Positions 1-12,034 of a DNA stretch of 33,235 nt are shown piece after piece. The notes below the pieces were generated by a model, which saw only the letters and a list, made by a program, of their open reading frames with translations, was not told the origin of the DNA and made no database searches. The stretch is taken from NCBI GenBank assembly GCA_032718475.1, contig JAUCBJ010007458.1, forward strand, positions 1 to 33,235, written 5' to 3'. The position numbers were made by a program, and so were the translations under genes. The DNA is from Nemertoderma westbladi. Its lineage: Eukaryota; Animalia; Xenacoelomorpha. Each line of letters opens with the position of its first letter. Position 1 is the first letter of the stretch.

Positions 1-1269
1 ACGAACTTCCTTTGATTAAGGTAATGTCGCTGTAGTATATTCTATTAAATACTATAGAGCAGCATTATATCTAGCAGCAAAAGTTATTTAGTATAATTTT
101 TGTCCCGACCCCCTGTTGTTAGGTTTCCTACCAGTCGCTGAGCCCCCGGTATGGGACCCCATTAAAATAGGAAATAGGTCCGCGCATGGGACTGCGGCGG
201 GGAGCTGGGCCTAATGCCTAGCGCACAGCGGTAAGCCAACAATCGCATTAAAATCTTGATTAAGCTAAACCACCAGCCTCTATAGGCCTCTGTGCACCGG
301 TACTAAGTACACATGCATTGAGTTGGGATGCGTGGAACAGCCAAATCAGGCTAATTAACACGACCGCACTGCCGAGTCAAAAATAGAAAAATCACGAACG
401 GAGATGAAGCTTGGGCAGTAGGATGAGACTGTAGGCTTGGGGTTATTATTATTCAATTGCTTTTAAATTATTGTTGTTTTTCTTTTATTTCGCTAAGGAC
501 ACGATTTTGCAATCCCTTGAGGCGTGATCCAACACTCCTGTGATTATAGGAGCTTTGGAGTGTTACATATAGTAAATCAACGGGCAATTATGATTCTCTG
601 TTAGGGAATGGGATATTTTTTTATATTTCCAATGATCATTAAATTATAACGGTTCTGTTACTACATTGTCCTTTAGGTATGTCTTCATTAATTACATTTT
701 ATTGCATTTCGGTCAGACTCAGAGTGACGAACGATCGTAGCGATCAGAGTAAAGCTATTTTAGAGTAACGCATTTATGTGATTTTTAATTATATTTTTCC
801 TGACGAAACAGTATACTAAACTGTAAGTAAACTTTACTATTTTTTTTTATTTGGCGTATTATATACAACATTGTTTGTTGTTTAATTGTATACGACTATT
901 AGTATATCAGTGCTCGTATTAAGTATTGTTTATAGTGCGTTCAGTGTGGTGTTATGTTAGTATTTATTTATATTATTGTATATTATTGTATTATTTGTAT
1001 TATTTGTTAGTATTTTCTCAGCTTGTCGTTGACATGAAAAACTAGTGAGAAGTGCTATGTACTCTTCTAACATTATAATAAATAAAATAATATATCAATA
1101 AACATGTCATATATAAGTTGTTTTAGCAGTCTCTCTGGCAGGGCACAAACCATAATTTCGACTTCTTAATTATAATGTAGCATCACATAATTGATAGTGA
1201 AAGACCATCAATTAATACCCCAATACCCAAGGTACATGATTGAGGGTCCTTCAAAGTCTAAATGGGCCT

Positions 1270-1338
1270 TTGTGTAACTCTATAGGTATATAAGTAGATG
1301 ACTAGGTCACTCCCACTCCTTGCAAATTGCAGATGAAA
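1270..1338 (+). repeat. 5' copy of a 69-bp target-site duplication of RTE element 1
   Basis: ttgtgtaactctatagg...gcagatgaaa recurs at 3693-3761 with one mismatch (T1299/G3722) and brackets the LINE exactly. Confidence 0.93.
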
Positions 1339-3644
1339 AGAAGTTCAAGAAGCGAACTGGAAAGCTATGGACTCATAGTGGACCCAGTGGTCACAAGTCC
1401 CAGATAGACCATATCCTGTTTCGTAGGAAATACAGGAGCTCTATGCAAGACTGTAATGCATTTACACTACGACCCTTCTCCAGTGATCACCGCCTTATTG
1501 TGGCCAAGGTAAGACTTAGTCTGCGTGCTAGCAGAACAACGAAATCTGCCTTGCCGCGGCATGACTTGTCCTCTCGGTTGAAACAGCCTAGTGTGAGATC
1601 CAGCTTCACACTACACCTGAGCAACAGGTATGAGGTTCTTGCCTCTGAGGCGACAGATCACTGTGAGGGCTATACTGCCTTCACAGGGGCAGTTAAGTTA
1701 GCAGCTGCAGAAACAGTTCCTGTATACCCTCGAAACAGAAAACGGGCCCCCTGGACTGACAACAAAATTCAGAAGTGACGAAATGACCTCTACAAGGCGC
1801 AGAAAGAGTCCCGACTCAAACAGACTACAGCGGCCAAGAATGCAGTTAAGGCTGCATCTAGGTCCCTGAACAGGCAGTACTCTGTTAATTTACAGGAGCT
1901 AATAAACCAACAGGTTGATGCCATCAATGATGCTGACGACAGCAGGCAATCATCCCAGGCATGGAGATCGATCAACTTGCTTGCTGGTTGAAAAAGCCAA
2001 CCAACCACCAAGGTTAAGGCTGAATCACCAGCCGATCGCCTCAATGGTTGGAAGGCCCACTTTGAAAAGCTCCTCAATAATGACAGGGTATTGCCTGATA
2101 ACTTTATAGAAGTAAAAGTGTCTGAGTCTGTACTCCCAGATATTCCCATTGGTGATATCTCCTTTGCAGAAATGAAGGCTGCTGCAAAGAGCATTAAGAC
2201 CAATCGTGCCAGTGGAGTAGATGGTGTTCCCCCTGAGGTTTTTAAAATACCTGAGTGTTTAAAGCTCATCTATCCCATCATAGTAGACATGTACCGTACA
2301 ACAAGAGTCCCACAAGAAATGAAAACAAATAAGTTGGTGCCAGTTCCCAAGAAGGGCAACCTAACACTCTATGGTTCTTTTCGGGGAATCTCATTGATCT
2401 CAATTGCTGCAAAGCTATACAATAGAATTATATTAAATCGCATCAGGGATCCCATTGAGAGACTGCTCCGTGGCAATCAGAATGGGTTCCGTAAAGGTCG
2501 TGGGACCATGGAGCCCATTTGGCACTTAGAAGGATAAGTGAAGAGTTATCAAAAAAGAAAGACAGGCATCTGGCTGTTATCTTTGTTGACTTCTTCAAGG
2601 CCTTTGATTCAGTCTCTCGCTCACGTATGTTCAGCATACTTTCATTATATGGGATTCCTGATGAAATTATTGCAGCAATCAGATCAGTATACGATGGTTC
2701 GACAACATTTGTGTCTACTGTTGACGGTGACACAGAACCATTTGAAGTGTTATGGGGCGTCCTCCAGGGAGACACACTTGCACCATTCTTGTTCATAATT
2801 GTTGTTGACTATGTTCTACGCATGTCCTTAGATCATCATAATGATGATGGGGTGATGATAACTCCACCTACTGGCTCCAGAAGTCGAGGAAATCCTGCCA
2901 AGTACCTAACTGATCTAGACTTTGCTGATGACTTAGGAGTACTCTCAGAATCACTAGAGGGAGCCCAACGGCTCCTCAGCTCATTAGAACATGCTGCTTC
3001 TAGTGTTGGTCTTTTTATTAACTCCAGAAAGACCAAAATTTTGACAGTTAACTTTGAAAGTCCTCAGCAAGTCTCTGATCGGATGAGCATAAGCTCAAAA
3101 GATGGTATGCTTGAGCATGTGGATGACTTCTGTTACCTGGGATCACGGATCCGGAAGTCAGGTGAGGACCTTCGAATACGTAAGGGAAAAGCATGGGCAG
3201 CCTTGAATAGGCTTTCCAGGATTTGGAAGTCACCGAGAATTAATCGGAAACTTAAGGTCCGGTTATTTAGAGCAGCAGTAGTTCCAGTACTCCTCTATGG
3301 GAGTCCATGCTGGGCTCTAACTGCTGAGGACACCAAATCTCTGGATGGCACATTCACAAGAATGCTACGCCGGGTTTATTGTGTCAAGTTCAATGCACAC
3401 ATCTCCAACCAGACACTATATAACATTGGAGGTGTCTCATTGGTTCCCCCAAGCTTGACACTAGAACAAAATCGCTTCCGCTTTGCAGGACATTGTGAAT
3501 AAGCATGGTGGACAGCCCATGACTTTCTTGAGACGCATCTTAAAGGACACTGGCCTTGAAGATGCGGATGATCTAGCAAATGTCATGGCTGATATGGAGT
3601 TGTGGCGGTGCAATTTTGTCGATAAGCCGGCACAGCATTCTTAA
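1339..3644 (+). pseudogene. Disrupted APE-RT ORF of RTE element 1
   Basis: ORF pieces 1320-1778, 2091-2537 and 2519-3502 are separated by stops and frameshifts; the C-terminal region after AGHCE appears internally deleted. Confidence 0.88.
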
Positions 3645-3692
3645 AAATGCAGCTGCAATGCAGCATGCCGATCCTAGTAGTAGTAGTAGTAG
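1339..3692 (+). mobile_element. 5'-truncated RTE-clade (RTE/RTEX group) non-LTR retrotransposon, family 1
   Basis: C-terminal APE motifs (SQIDHIL, SDHRL), RT motifs (LVPVPKKG, FRGISL, FVDFFKAFDSV, GVLQGDTLAP, LDFADD, YLGS, RFAGH), (TAG)n tail at 3675-3692 and a flanking 69-bp TSD. Confidence 0.93.
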
Positions 3693-3761
3693 TTGTGTAA
3701 CTCTATAGGTATATAAGTAGAGGACTAGGTCACTCCCACTCCTTGCAAATTGCAGATGAAA
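3693..3761 (+). repeat. 3' copy of the 69-bp TSD of RTE element 1
   Basis: Follows the (TAG)n tail directly; 68/69 identical to 1270-1338. Confidence 0.93.
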
Positions 3762-4105
3762 CTGTTCTTTGCTTCACCAATTATAGCCACTTCTAGGATT
3801 CTTACAATTCACCCTCTAGCGGTGGACAGTTGAATTATATAAATCTGTCTGAGTTTAGAAATTTTGATGTAAAATTTTGATAGACTACATGTGTACCAAG
3901 ATTGGTTCCATTTAATAAATGATTGGCCGACTTATTAGCGTTCAAATATTCCCAACGACGAATGACAGAAGGTCACTAATTATACCGCTACGCCAAGGTT
4001 CATCTAGACTTCATGGCTCGCCCCACAATTTTCCATATTTTATCAGTTTTCATGCTATCAGTTTCTATTTTAATGTAATATTTCAATACATCTGGGAGAT
4101 CGGAG

Positions 4106-4597
4106 CAATGGCGAAGCTACAGGGGGGGGGGGGGGGGGGCACGTTTTCATTTCAGGTAGGGGAGCCCCCATGTCGTGTTATGTCCCCGGCACTTTTTACA
4201 CCTTTTATATCAATTTAAAACTTTAAAGGTCAATGAATCTTATTTAACTCTGATCGGGTACTAAACCCCATGAACTGTTTTTGAACTGGCAATATAATTC
4301 AACCTCTGATTGATGTAAGGTGTATTTCCACATCCCCTAAATTTCGTATATTGTTTTGGTTAGAATAGAAAAATAAAATAATTGATGATTACATTTTTTA
4401 ATTCCCCGTGTCAAGATACGCTGACTCACCCATCACCCAGTAAGAAGGGTGGATGTGAAAACATCTCAGTTTCAAATTTCATGAAAACATCATTAATATT
4501 TGCAAAACTATTTTTTTTTGGGGGGGGGGGGGGGTTATTCCCCTAAAATTATTTTATCCCCCCCCACCACTCTTTCGGGGACGTGGCTGCGCCCCTG
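4106..4597. mobile_element. Non-autonomous hAT-type MITE
   Basis: Imperfect 15-bp TIRs (caatggcgaagctac / gtggctgcgcccctg, 11/15), 8-bp flanking repeat gatcggag/gatcgggg (4098-4105, 4598-4605), subterminal G and C runs. Confidence 0.65.
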
Positions 4598-6232
4598 GAT
4601 CGGGGTTAGATAATTCAATATTGTATTTTGCGTATCTTTGTGATCTATAGAGCTGAAGACCTCACAAACTTATTTGTTGACTTAATATCGCAGCTCGAAT
4701 GGTTTTGTCATAACAGGGCAAGGCATGTGAGACCGACAACCGACAATGTTTTACACCACGTATGGAGGTGTTCTATTTAGCAATTTAGTATCCCGCATGT
4801 CGCATCCATATTCCCACGCATTTTCCTTCACTCTACCTGAAAGGTGTGCAGCTGAATTGTAATGAGGTGCTGAACTCCACACATGTTGCTTAATGGCCCG
4901 CCCAGCTTCAGGCAAAGTAACAACTATTCATGGGTTAATAGCTGTAATATCAACAACATGATGAGGGGCCTTTCACTGGGAGTGGAGTAGATTTCAGCAG
5001 AGGTGGTCCCTCCAATCATGACGATCTACATATTGATTAGAATTGATTGTAAACAATACGACACGACCTCTCCTACGTTTGACTGACGTCTGTCTCTCCA
5101 TATCGCATCTCATCAGCTGCGAATGTTAATTTTACGATGGAGGATAAGAGTTGGTCATTTTTAAAATGATTCTGACATCGGTCAACTTTTTTAATAGTTG
5201 AATTATCTTATTACATGTTTGGCTCCAAAATAACGTGCACGTGAGGGGGGGGTCTGTCTTTCTGTCCTAAAAATTAATTTTTGGTTGATTCGACATGAAA
5301 CTGGTGTAAAACCACAGCCGACAATAATGAGAAAAAAGTGTTTATAAAAACCGTTTATTGTTTTGGTTAGAATAGCCTACCACTATAATTCGATTTTAAT
5401 ATTTATTCGTCGCGAACGACATCTTTTAAACTCTATGAACTTTGCAATAGAATTACTAAAGTATCTCAAACTTGCCATTTTTGTTTCATTGGAACCACCG
5501 CCACCGTATACCCTATGCGGAACTTACGGCTGGCCTATTTTATATGATCTGTGGAACATCGGTCTCTACTACATTTTATTCGTGAAGTCGGTGTGAGTCT
5601 GTCATGTTGGGAAATCGAAAAAGTTAAATTCAAAGATAAATAAATCGTTGTGTGCACCATTCCTTAAACGATTAAGTTTAGCACGACGAAATATCATTGT
5701 GATCAGCAGCGGGAGGAGAGGGTTTAAAGAAAGAGCACAACGAGACATTTGACATTAACTGAGACCGAATCAGTGGATGCTTGAATAATAGCATATAGTT
5801 TTAAAAATTATTTAATTCCAATAGGTTTATAACTGGTTTAGAACTTGGTGGTGTTGTATGTTTGCTAAAGTAAACCAGGAAGTTTCGTTTTGGTAGGAAT
5901 GCTTTCCCTATTAAACCCGGGGGGGGGGGGGGTCTCAATATGGCCCCCATGGTTTTTTGGTTATAACTCTGAAACAAACGCAGTTAAGAATCTGAAATTT
6001 TATGACTTTTCCTAATAATCTATTGTCTTAATAGTGAAAACGGTTTTCAAAAATATTGGGAAGTTTTCGAGTTACAGCACCATTTTTTAACCCTACTTTT
6101 GGAACCTACTTTTTGAAAATTACATTTCAATAAATATGATTTGTAACATCTCTATTTTTGATTTACACCAGCTTTTTGGTGTTGCAATTAGATTGAATTC
6201 ATATAAATTATTTTAGAAAATTCAAACTTGAA

Positions 6233-6562
6233 TTTTTCGGTGGGTACCAAATTTTGGTGCCAGCACCAAATTTTGAAATATGTCAATTTTGTAAATTGAT
6301 TGTTTGAACTTGTTTTTCGCGCAATATGGGTTTTTTGGAGTTCTAGTTTTGATGAAATGTATACGAGTTGCACCAGGCGTATCAAACTGGTATTTTTCGG
6401 TGCAGTCTGCAAAATTTGGTGCCAGCACGAAATTTTGAAAATCCATTCAATAGTACAATTGATTGTGGCAACTTGTTTTTCACATTTTACAGGTTTATGG
6501 CGGTTCTGAATTGAATAGAATAAATAAATATCTAACTAGACATCTCAAACTTGTATTTTTCG
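6233..6562. repeat. Diverged tandem duplication, ~160-bp unit x2, probably inside an old non-autonomous transposon
   Basis: tttttcggtg...tttggtgccagcac.aaattttgaaa...aattgattgt...aacttgtttttc...tcaaact.gtatttttcgg occurs twice about 160 bp apart. Confidence 0.7.
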
Positions 6563-7709
6563 GAAGTGGGTCATCAAATATCGGTACAATTAGAACGAGG
6601 GACCTAATGGCCCATGGCCCTACATGAGTACCAGTTCCCTCTGGGGGGGGGGGGGGGGGGGGGGGTTCTGGTGTTCTGCTGGGAGCGCTCTGTAAGTAAA
6701 TTTTGAGACGTTGTGTGTAAATATCCGAATATATAATATTCAGGCCAAATATCCGAATAAAATTATTTTTCTAGTTTTATTTCTACTTTATTTTGTAACA
6801 TTAAAATGCCTCCAGAATTGACTAATGACCAGTCATTCACTGTTGTTCAGCGAGTACCACGAAGTAAAATACGTAAACAACATCAGCATGAAGAACTTAC
6901 AGTAGTTTATTGTATGTATTGTATAATTATTGATAGGCGTATTTCGTATGCGGTAGTCGAATTGGCATCGCAATGTTAGTAAGAGATACCTCCCATAAAG
7001 GGAAACATCTGTTGGCATGAATCCCTAGAGATCCAATAATTAAAAGCAACACGATTTATCGACTCGAAGCTAAGGAGGTCTGAACGCCGCCGAGTTCACC
7101 CAAAGTGGCGCCCCAATAGGGTCCAAGTAGAAGGACCCTGTAGGTGGTAATTCACGACCAAAACAGAAGCCTGTAAAGAGAGCCATCCTATTCTCCATTG
7201 GGTATTGCTCGCATTCTGATGTCCCGTCACGTTTGACTTATGAAACGGTATCCTGCAGGGTTGTCACATGCACCGTGCGATACCGGTAGAGTTACCGAAA
7301 GCAGCCTACATCATCACTGACCACCGTGATATATTAATCTACGACTCACTTACTAACACATTAATAGCTATTTATTGCCTACAATTTTTTCCGTCCGATT
7401 TCGCAATGGCTTTCAATTACCCGCAAATCTCCTCACATTGTCTTGTCATATAGTTTGATTTATTGCCTGGCGATTGGGAACTCGAACAATGGGAAATTGT
7501 TTCTCACAAACAATGGTAAGATGGCAATTCGCGCGGAGAGTTCTTTGTGTGAGCTGTAGGATTGGTATGAGAGAACTGGAATTAATCAACAAAATCATGT
7601 TCATAGAAGTGTCTCCAACAGTAATATAATCTACACCTAAGTGGTTCAGGTACATTATCACACCATAACTTATATGGTACATGCTATATACGCTATGCTA
7701 TATATGCTA

Positions 7710-7759
7710 TATATGCTTGGCTATGATATACTGAAAAGTATATCATAGCCAAGCATATA
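7710..7759. repeat. Perfect 23-bp inverted repeat with a GAAA loop
   Basis: tatatgcttggctatgatatact-gaaa-agtatatcatagccaagcatata. Confidence 0.9.
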
Positions 7760-10700
7760 GCATTCGAGCATATTAATTGTCATAGAAACAACAGTAACAC
7801 GTAATGAAATTTAGTTTTAATTTATAAATTTAGACAAAGTTCAGTTCAACGACTATCAATGGACTAAATTCTACACTTCAATTCTCCCGTTGGTTTCCAG
7901 AGCAAAATAAATTTATCTATCAATTTTAGTCTCAGATAAATCATATATCATAATTACCATACTAAAAGTGTAATTATTTTTAAATTAAATTGTGTTATAT
8001 TGTACGGAAATTTGTGGCATTATTGAAATCGTCAAGTTGTATTAATTCTAGAATATTAGCTACCACATTGTTACATAATTATACTAACCGAACGTATTAA
8101 AATACAATCATTCTAGAAAATACTTAACTTTCCGGTTTAAAATAGATAATTCGAAAATGTTTGAACGCTAATAACTCGGTCAATCTTTGATGAAATGGAA
8201 CCAAACAAGGTACACAGGTTGTTCTATAAAAAGTATAGAAATTCTACACACAACACACAGAGAAACTTCTATAATTCATATATCTACCGCTAGGAGGCGA
8301 ATGACTAGGTCCCCTAATTGTACCTCTTGGCACATGCTCATTTGGACTTTCGTGTGCGCGAAGGCCCCACGAACGTGTGCAATAATACTACAGTAATAGG
8401 CCATCATATCGGTGGAATATTTAAAGTTGATCTGGGAAGTATTCAAGGTTATCTGAGACACAGACGTCAGAATAGATGGCACTACAATTTTTAACCTACA
8501 GTATTTTAGTGCAAAGTTGGCTAGTGGGAATTATGAATTTAATTAGCTCAGCCACAACCCCTCGTCCCTCGCAACGTTTTGTCAAATTTTAATGATATTT
8601 GGAAAACTTTTAAATAGAGATGGGACTCTCATTTTTCGGTGGGAAGGAGAGATTAACTTCTTACTTTGTAAGCGTTTGGAAAAAGGGTTTCCTCAATATT
8701 ACACCTATCGTAGCGGTAGCCGTATTGTTTGTTTGGTGCAGCTGGAAAGGCGGCTATATTCTTTATACAAGAATTCGATTCTATAACGAGAAGGCGTACA
8801 TATTTGGCATACCGCATTTGAAAAATCTGCATCTCAATTGCTGCTTTGTCTGTGGCCCCTTGATACTTAATATTCTTAAAATCATCACTATTTGCCACAT
8901 TGTGTGAATAGTAGCACATTTCAGTGAAAAGACCCGAGTGCAGCGAGGCGAGGGAGGTGTACATAAATATACAGAGGTGATGTATGAGATGATGAAATTG
9001 GTTAATGTCTGTAGGACTGAGCGACGACTGAGTGCCTTGGAGTGAGTTTCACAAAACGGTGAAACAAAACACGGCCTATATTGTTTACGATTATTTTACG
9101 ATTTATGTTTTTTTTTTAAACATAAGTCCGTAATACATACCGTTATTTATCTGATTCCCCAAAAATTCAGCCCCATTTTCTTTATTTCTTTACTCTCCTC
9201 CAAACAAAACCCCCCCAAAAAAGTGTAAACATCTCAGGGAGACAGCACATTTATTGAACTGTTATTGTCATTTTGGTCGGTAAAAGTAATATGAATCATA
9301 AACTCAATTTGAAAAAAAACTGTTTCGAAATCATTAACTCGCTAAGAAATCGTTAATTAAATATTAATAATACGAGACGAGTCCTTAATAAACAAATGAA
9401 TTACTGTCTATTGGCGTACACCCGCGGTAGGCCTACCGTTATTACTTACATGTAATGGTTAGGAGAAAAGGGCCGATTAAGACATTCGTTTGTCGACAGA
9501 CGCCATTTTACTTATGACCTATAATAATTGGTCCGATACCGATAGCGACCTAGCTGGTGCGTGCAGTACATTAAAGAGCACTTCCTTATTAGTTACAGCG
9601 GCTAATACAATCACGGACCCGGTGTAAAGGGGAGGGACTTTGAATGGAGTGAATTGCATGTCAAAGTTATTAACTCGGGACTTGATAAAAGGTAACACAC
9701 GACCGGTTATAGCATGAAAGAAAGGCCTCGAGTTACAGTGGAGCCGTTCATATAGGATTATTGGCTGTCAACGTTATGTAAACCGGATACGAGAGAAAAC
9801 ATAAAGCAAGTGGAAGTAAATTAATTTTAGTGGTTCGAACACGATTATTTTCATCTTCCTCAGGACCTTAGTTTATGGGAGTCGTGAAAGCATGGAAATG
9901 TCCACAAACTTGCTGGCGCGCTATATTGTCTGATGACTAAATGTGCCACTGCTTCCGCGGGCGCTGGTGACTCTAACTGAGAGTTGAATTTCACGGTATT
10001 TATTGCGGCCAGTGAAATATGAAACGCGCATGTCCATTATTGAGAAAACCAATGTTAAACGTAATTATCGTTTGATGGAAAAACAACATCATCGCTCTCA
10101 CACAGCTGTTTTGCATCTGTGAGGAAGAAATCGAGAAATGTTGAAACTTTGCGAGAGTGTATATATTTTGTTGTACTGTAGGTGGGGAGACCTTCATTTT
10201 ATTTATGATAGGACTCAAGTTCAATGTAACAAATGGCACATGTTTTTGAATGCTGATACCTTACCATGACAGCTCACCATCACCAATGATTGCATGCAAC
10301 TTCTACTCTTTCTTAAAATATTTTATTGATTATTTCTTATTGAATTTATGTGATAATGTATCAATAATATGTAGGTCTACTGTGTTTAAATATATTGATC
10401 ACTGATCACAGTGACTATGGTCATGGTGTTAATGTATGCTTTCCTCAAGTAAAAGTAAGAGACTATGACGTGGAAAATTCATGAAAATGAAACACTGTAA
10501 AGTAATTTAATGGCCATTCTCAAAACATACATTGTTAGTGTAGATTATATAATGTTGATTAAATAAGCAATAATAAGCAATAAATAAGCAGAGCCATCAC
10601 TATAACTCTGAGTATAATATTTTCTGAATAAACAATATTCTAATTAAAATAATAGAGTAATGCGTAAGGGTCAATGACTTCTCCATGCTATAAATTCTTA

Positions 10701-12034
10701 TTAATTTGTTAACAATATACATCTCAATGTTTGTAGATGAAAAGGGATGATTACCATGAGTGCTGGAGCTATGAGCAAACAGGTACCTAAATTGCTCTAG
10801 CTACATCTCCTGCAGCCCACTACCGCACGGCTACCTACGGACCCATCCGCAGACAGGAAACAGCGCTCCCAGGGCCAACCGCTCCGCCCACCGCCAACGA
10901 AAATTACTTCAATTACAAAGCTTTATCTGGAGGACGTCTTCTTCTAAAGATGTTTCCGGGATGCGCCGAAAGTGATGGGTAACTGCTACCGTATACTGGA
11001 GTGCTTGCTTATACCGCTACCGGTACCGTGGGACTGTATAGGAGGATGGGCCTATTACTCGTTACAATTAGCGAATTATTCGCTCAATCAGTCACGGCCC
11101 GGGGTCCAGGACGTGGGAATCGCGGCAATGAATTAACTATAATCGACCCTCTTGAAACAAATAATCGACTCTCAACAACACAAGTTGATCGGATAGATTA
11201 TGTTTTTATTTACCCATGGGAATTCTCATTGATTTCCTGTTAACTGTATGTGGCTTAGTGGCTTACTGTCTGTATTTTACGGCCATTTTTTTAATTTTAG
11301 AATCTTTAAGTTTTAAAGAGGGGTATGGGGTAGCACCGCAAAATGGAACATATTTTTGTGTCTCAAAACCCTAAAATTTGGAGAAAACTATTTTTTGTGC
11401 TGTTAAACATGGTCTGGAGTGTAAATAGCAAAACCAAATATTTTCAAAATTGGCATTATATTATTCAAAAGTGCCTTTTTTGCACCAAAGGCTATTATTC
11501 CACCAATTTACGTTCAAATGTGCGAAATTTGGAATATAGGTTCGGAAGGCCCCAGCATCCAATTTTCCAGAAACTTAAACATCCCAAAAAGTTTGTTCAG
11601 AAGTTTTATTGATAATGGTTCCGGCAGTCTGAGTGTACGAAATTTAAACTCATTTCAGTAAAAATTGACGGAGAAATAGCTTTTTCATGAAAAGAAGCTT
11701 ATTCTGAGCGAAAGATGTTTAAAGTTTAAGGAACAATGCAAACATTCCAGCTATTTGAGTTAATAGTCTCTACCATTTTTTGTTCGACAATAACTTTGTC
11801 AAAAATGAATGAAATTCATTATTTTTTTACATAATTCCTAACATGATATCTAATAAAACAATCTTTTAGCAATTTTATTCACATCTTTACATTAGATTGG
11901 GAGCCTTTCTGATAAAAATGTTCTTATTCAATTATTGTAAACTATCATGCTGTACGAAGGCTTGTCAAAAACGTACTCGAGTTTTTGAGAAATGAGAAAT
12001 TTGCTTGGAAATTTCTCGTTTGTTAATAGCTAAT

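Noticed and set aside
105-240. GC-rich stem-loop region with a twister-like CCGCAGUCCCAUGCGCGG on the minus strand
   Set aside because: The UAA cleavage loop and the pseudoknot partners of twister could not be found.
799-835. CTGACGA + stem as a canonical hammerhead
   Set aside because: No GAAA core strand and no stem I/III closure.
1790-3579. Minus-strand and alternative-frame ORFs over RTE-1 (likewise those over RTE-2 and the PLE)
   Set aside because: Shadow frames of retroelement coding sequence with no independent motifs.
6833-9990. Short ORFs and GC-richer patches as host exons
   Set aside because: No recognisable domains or consistent exon chain; cannot be supported without RNA or homology data.
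11313-12023. MITE-like sequence starting ttaaagaggggtatgggg
   Set aside because: No matching right TIR or TSD found in the window.
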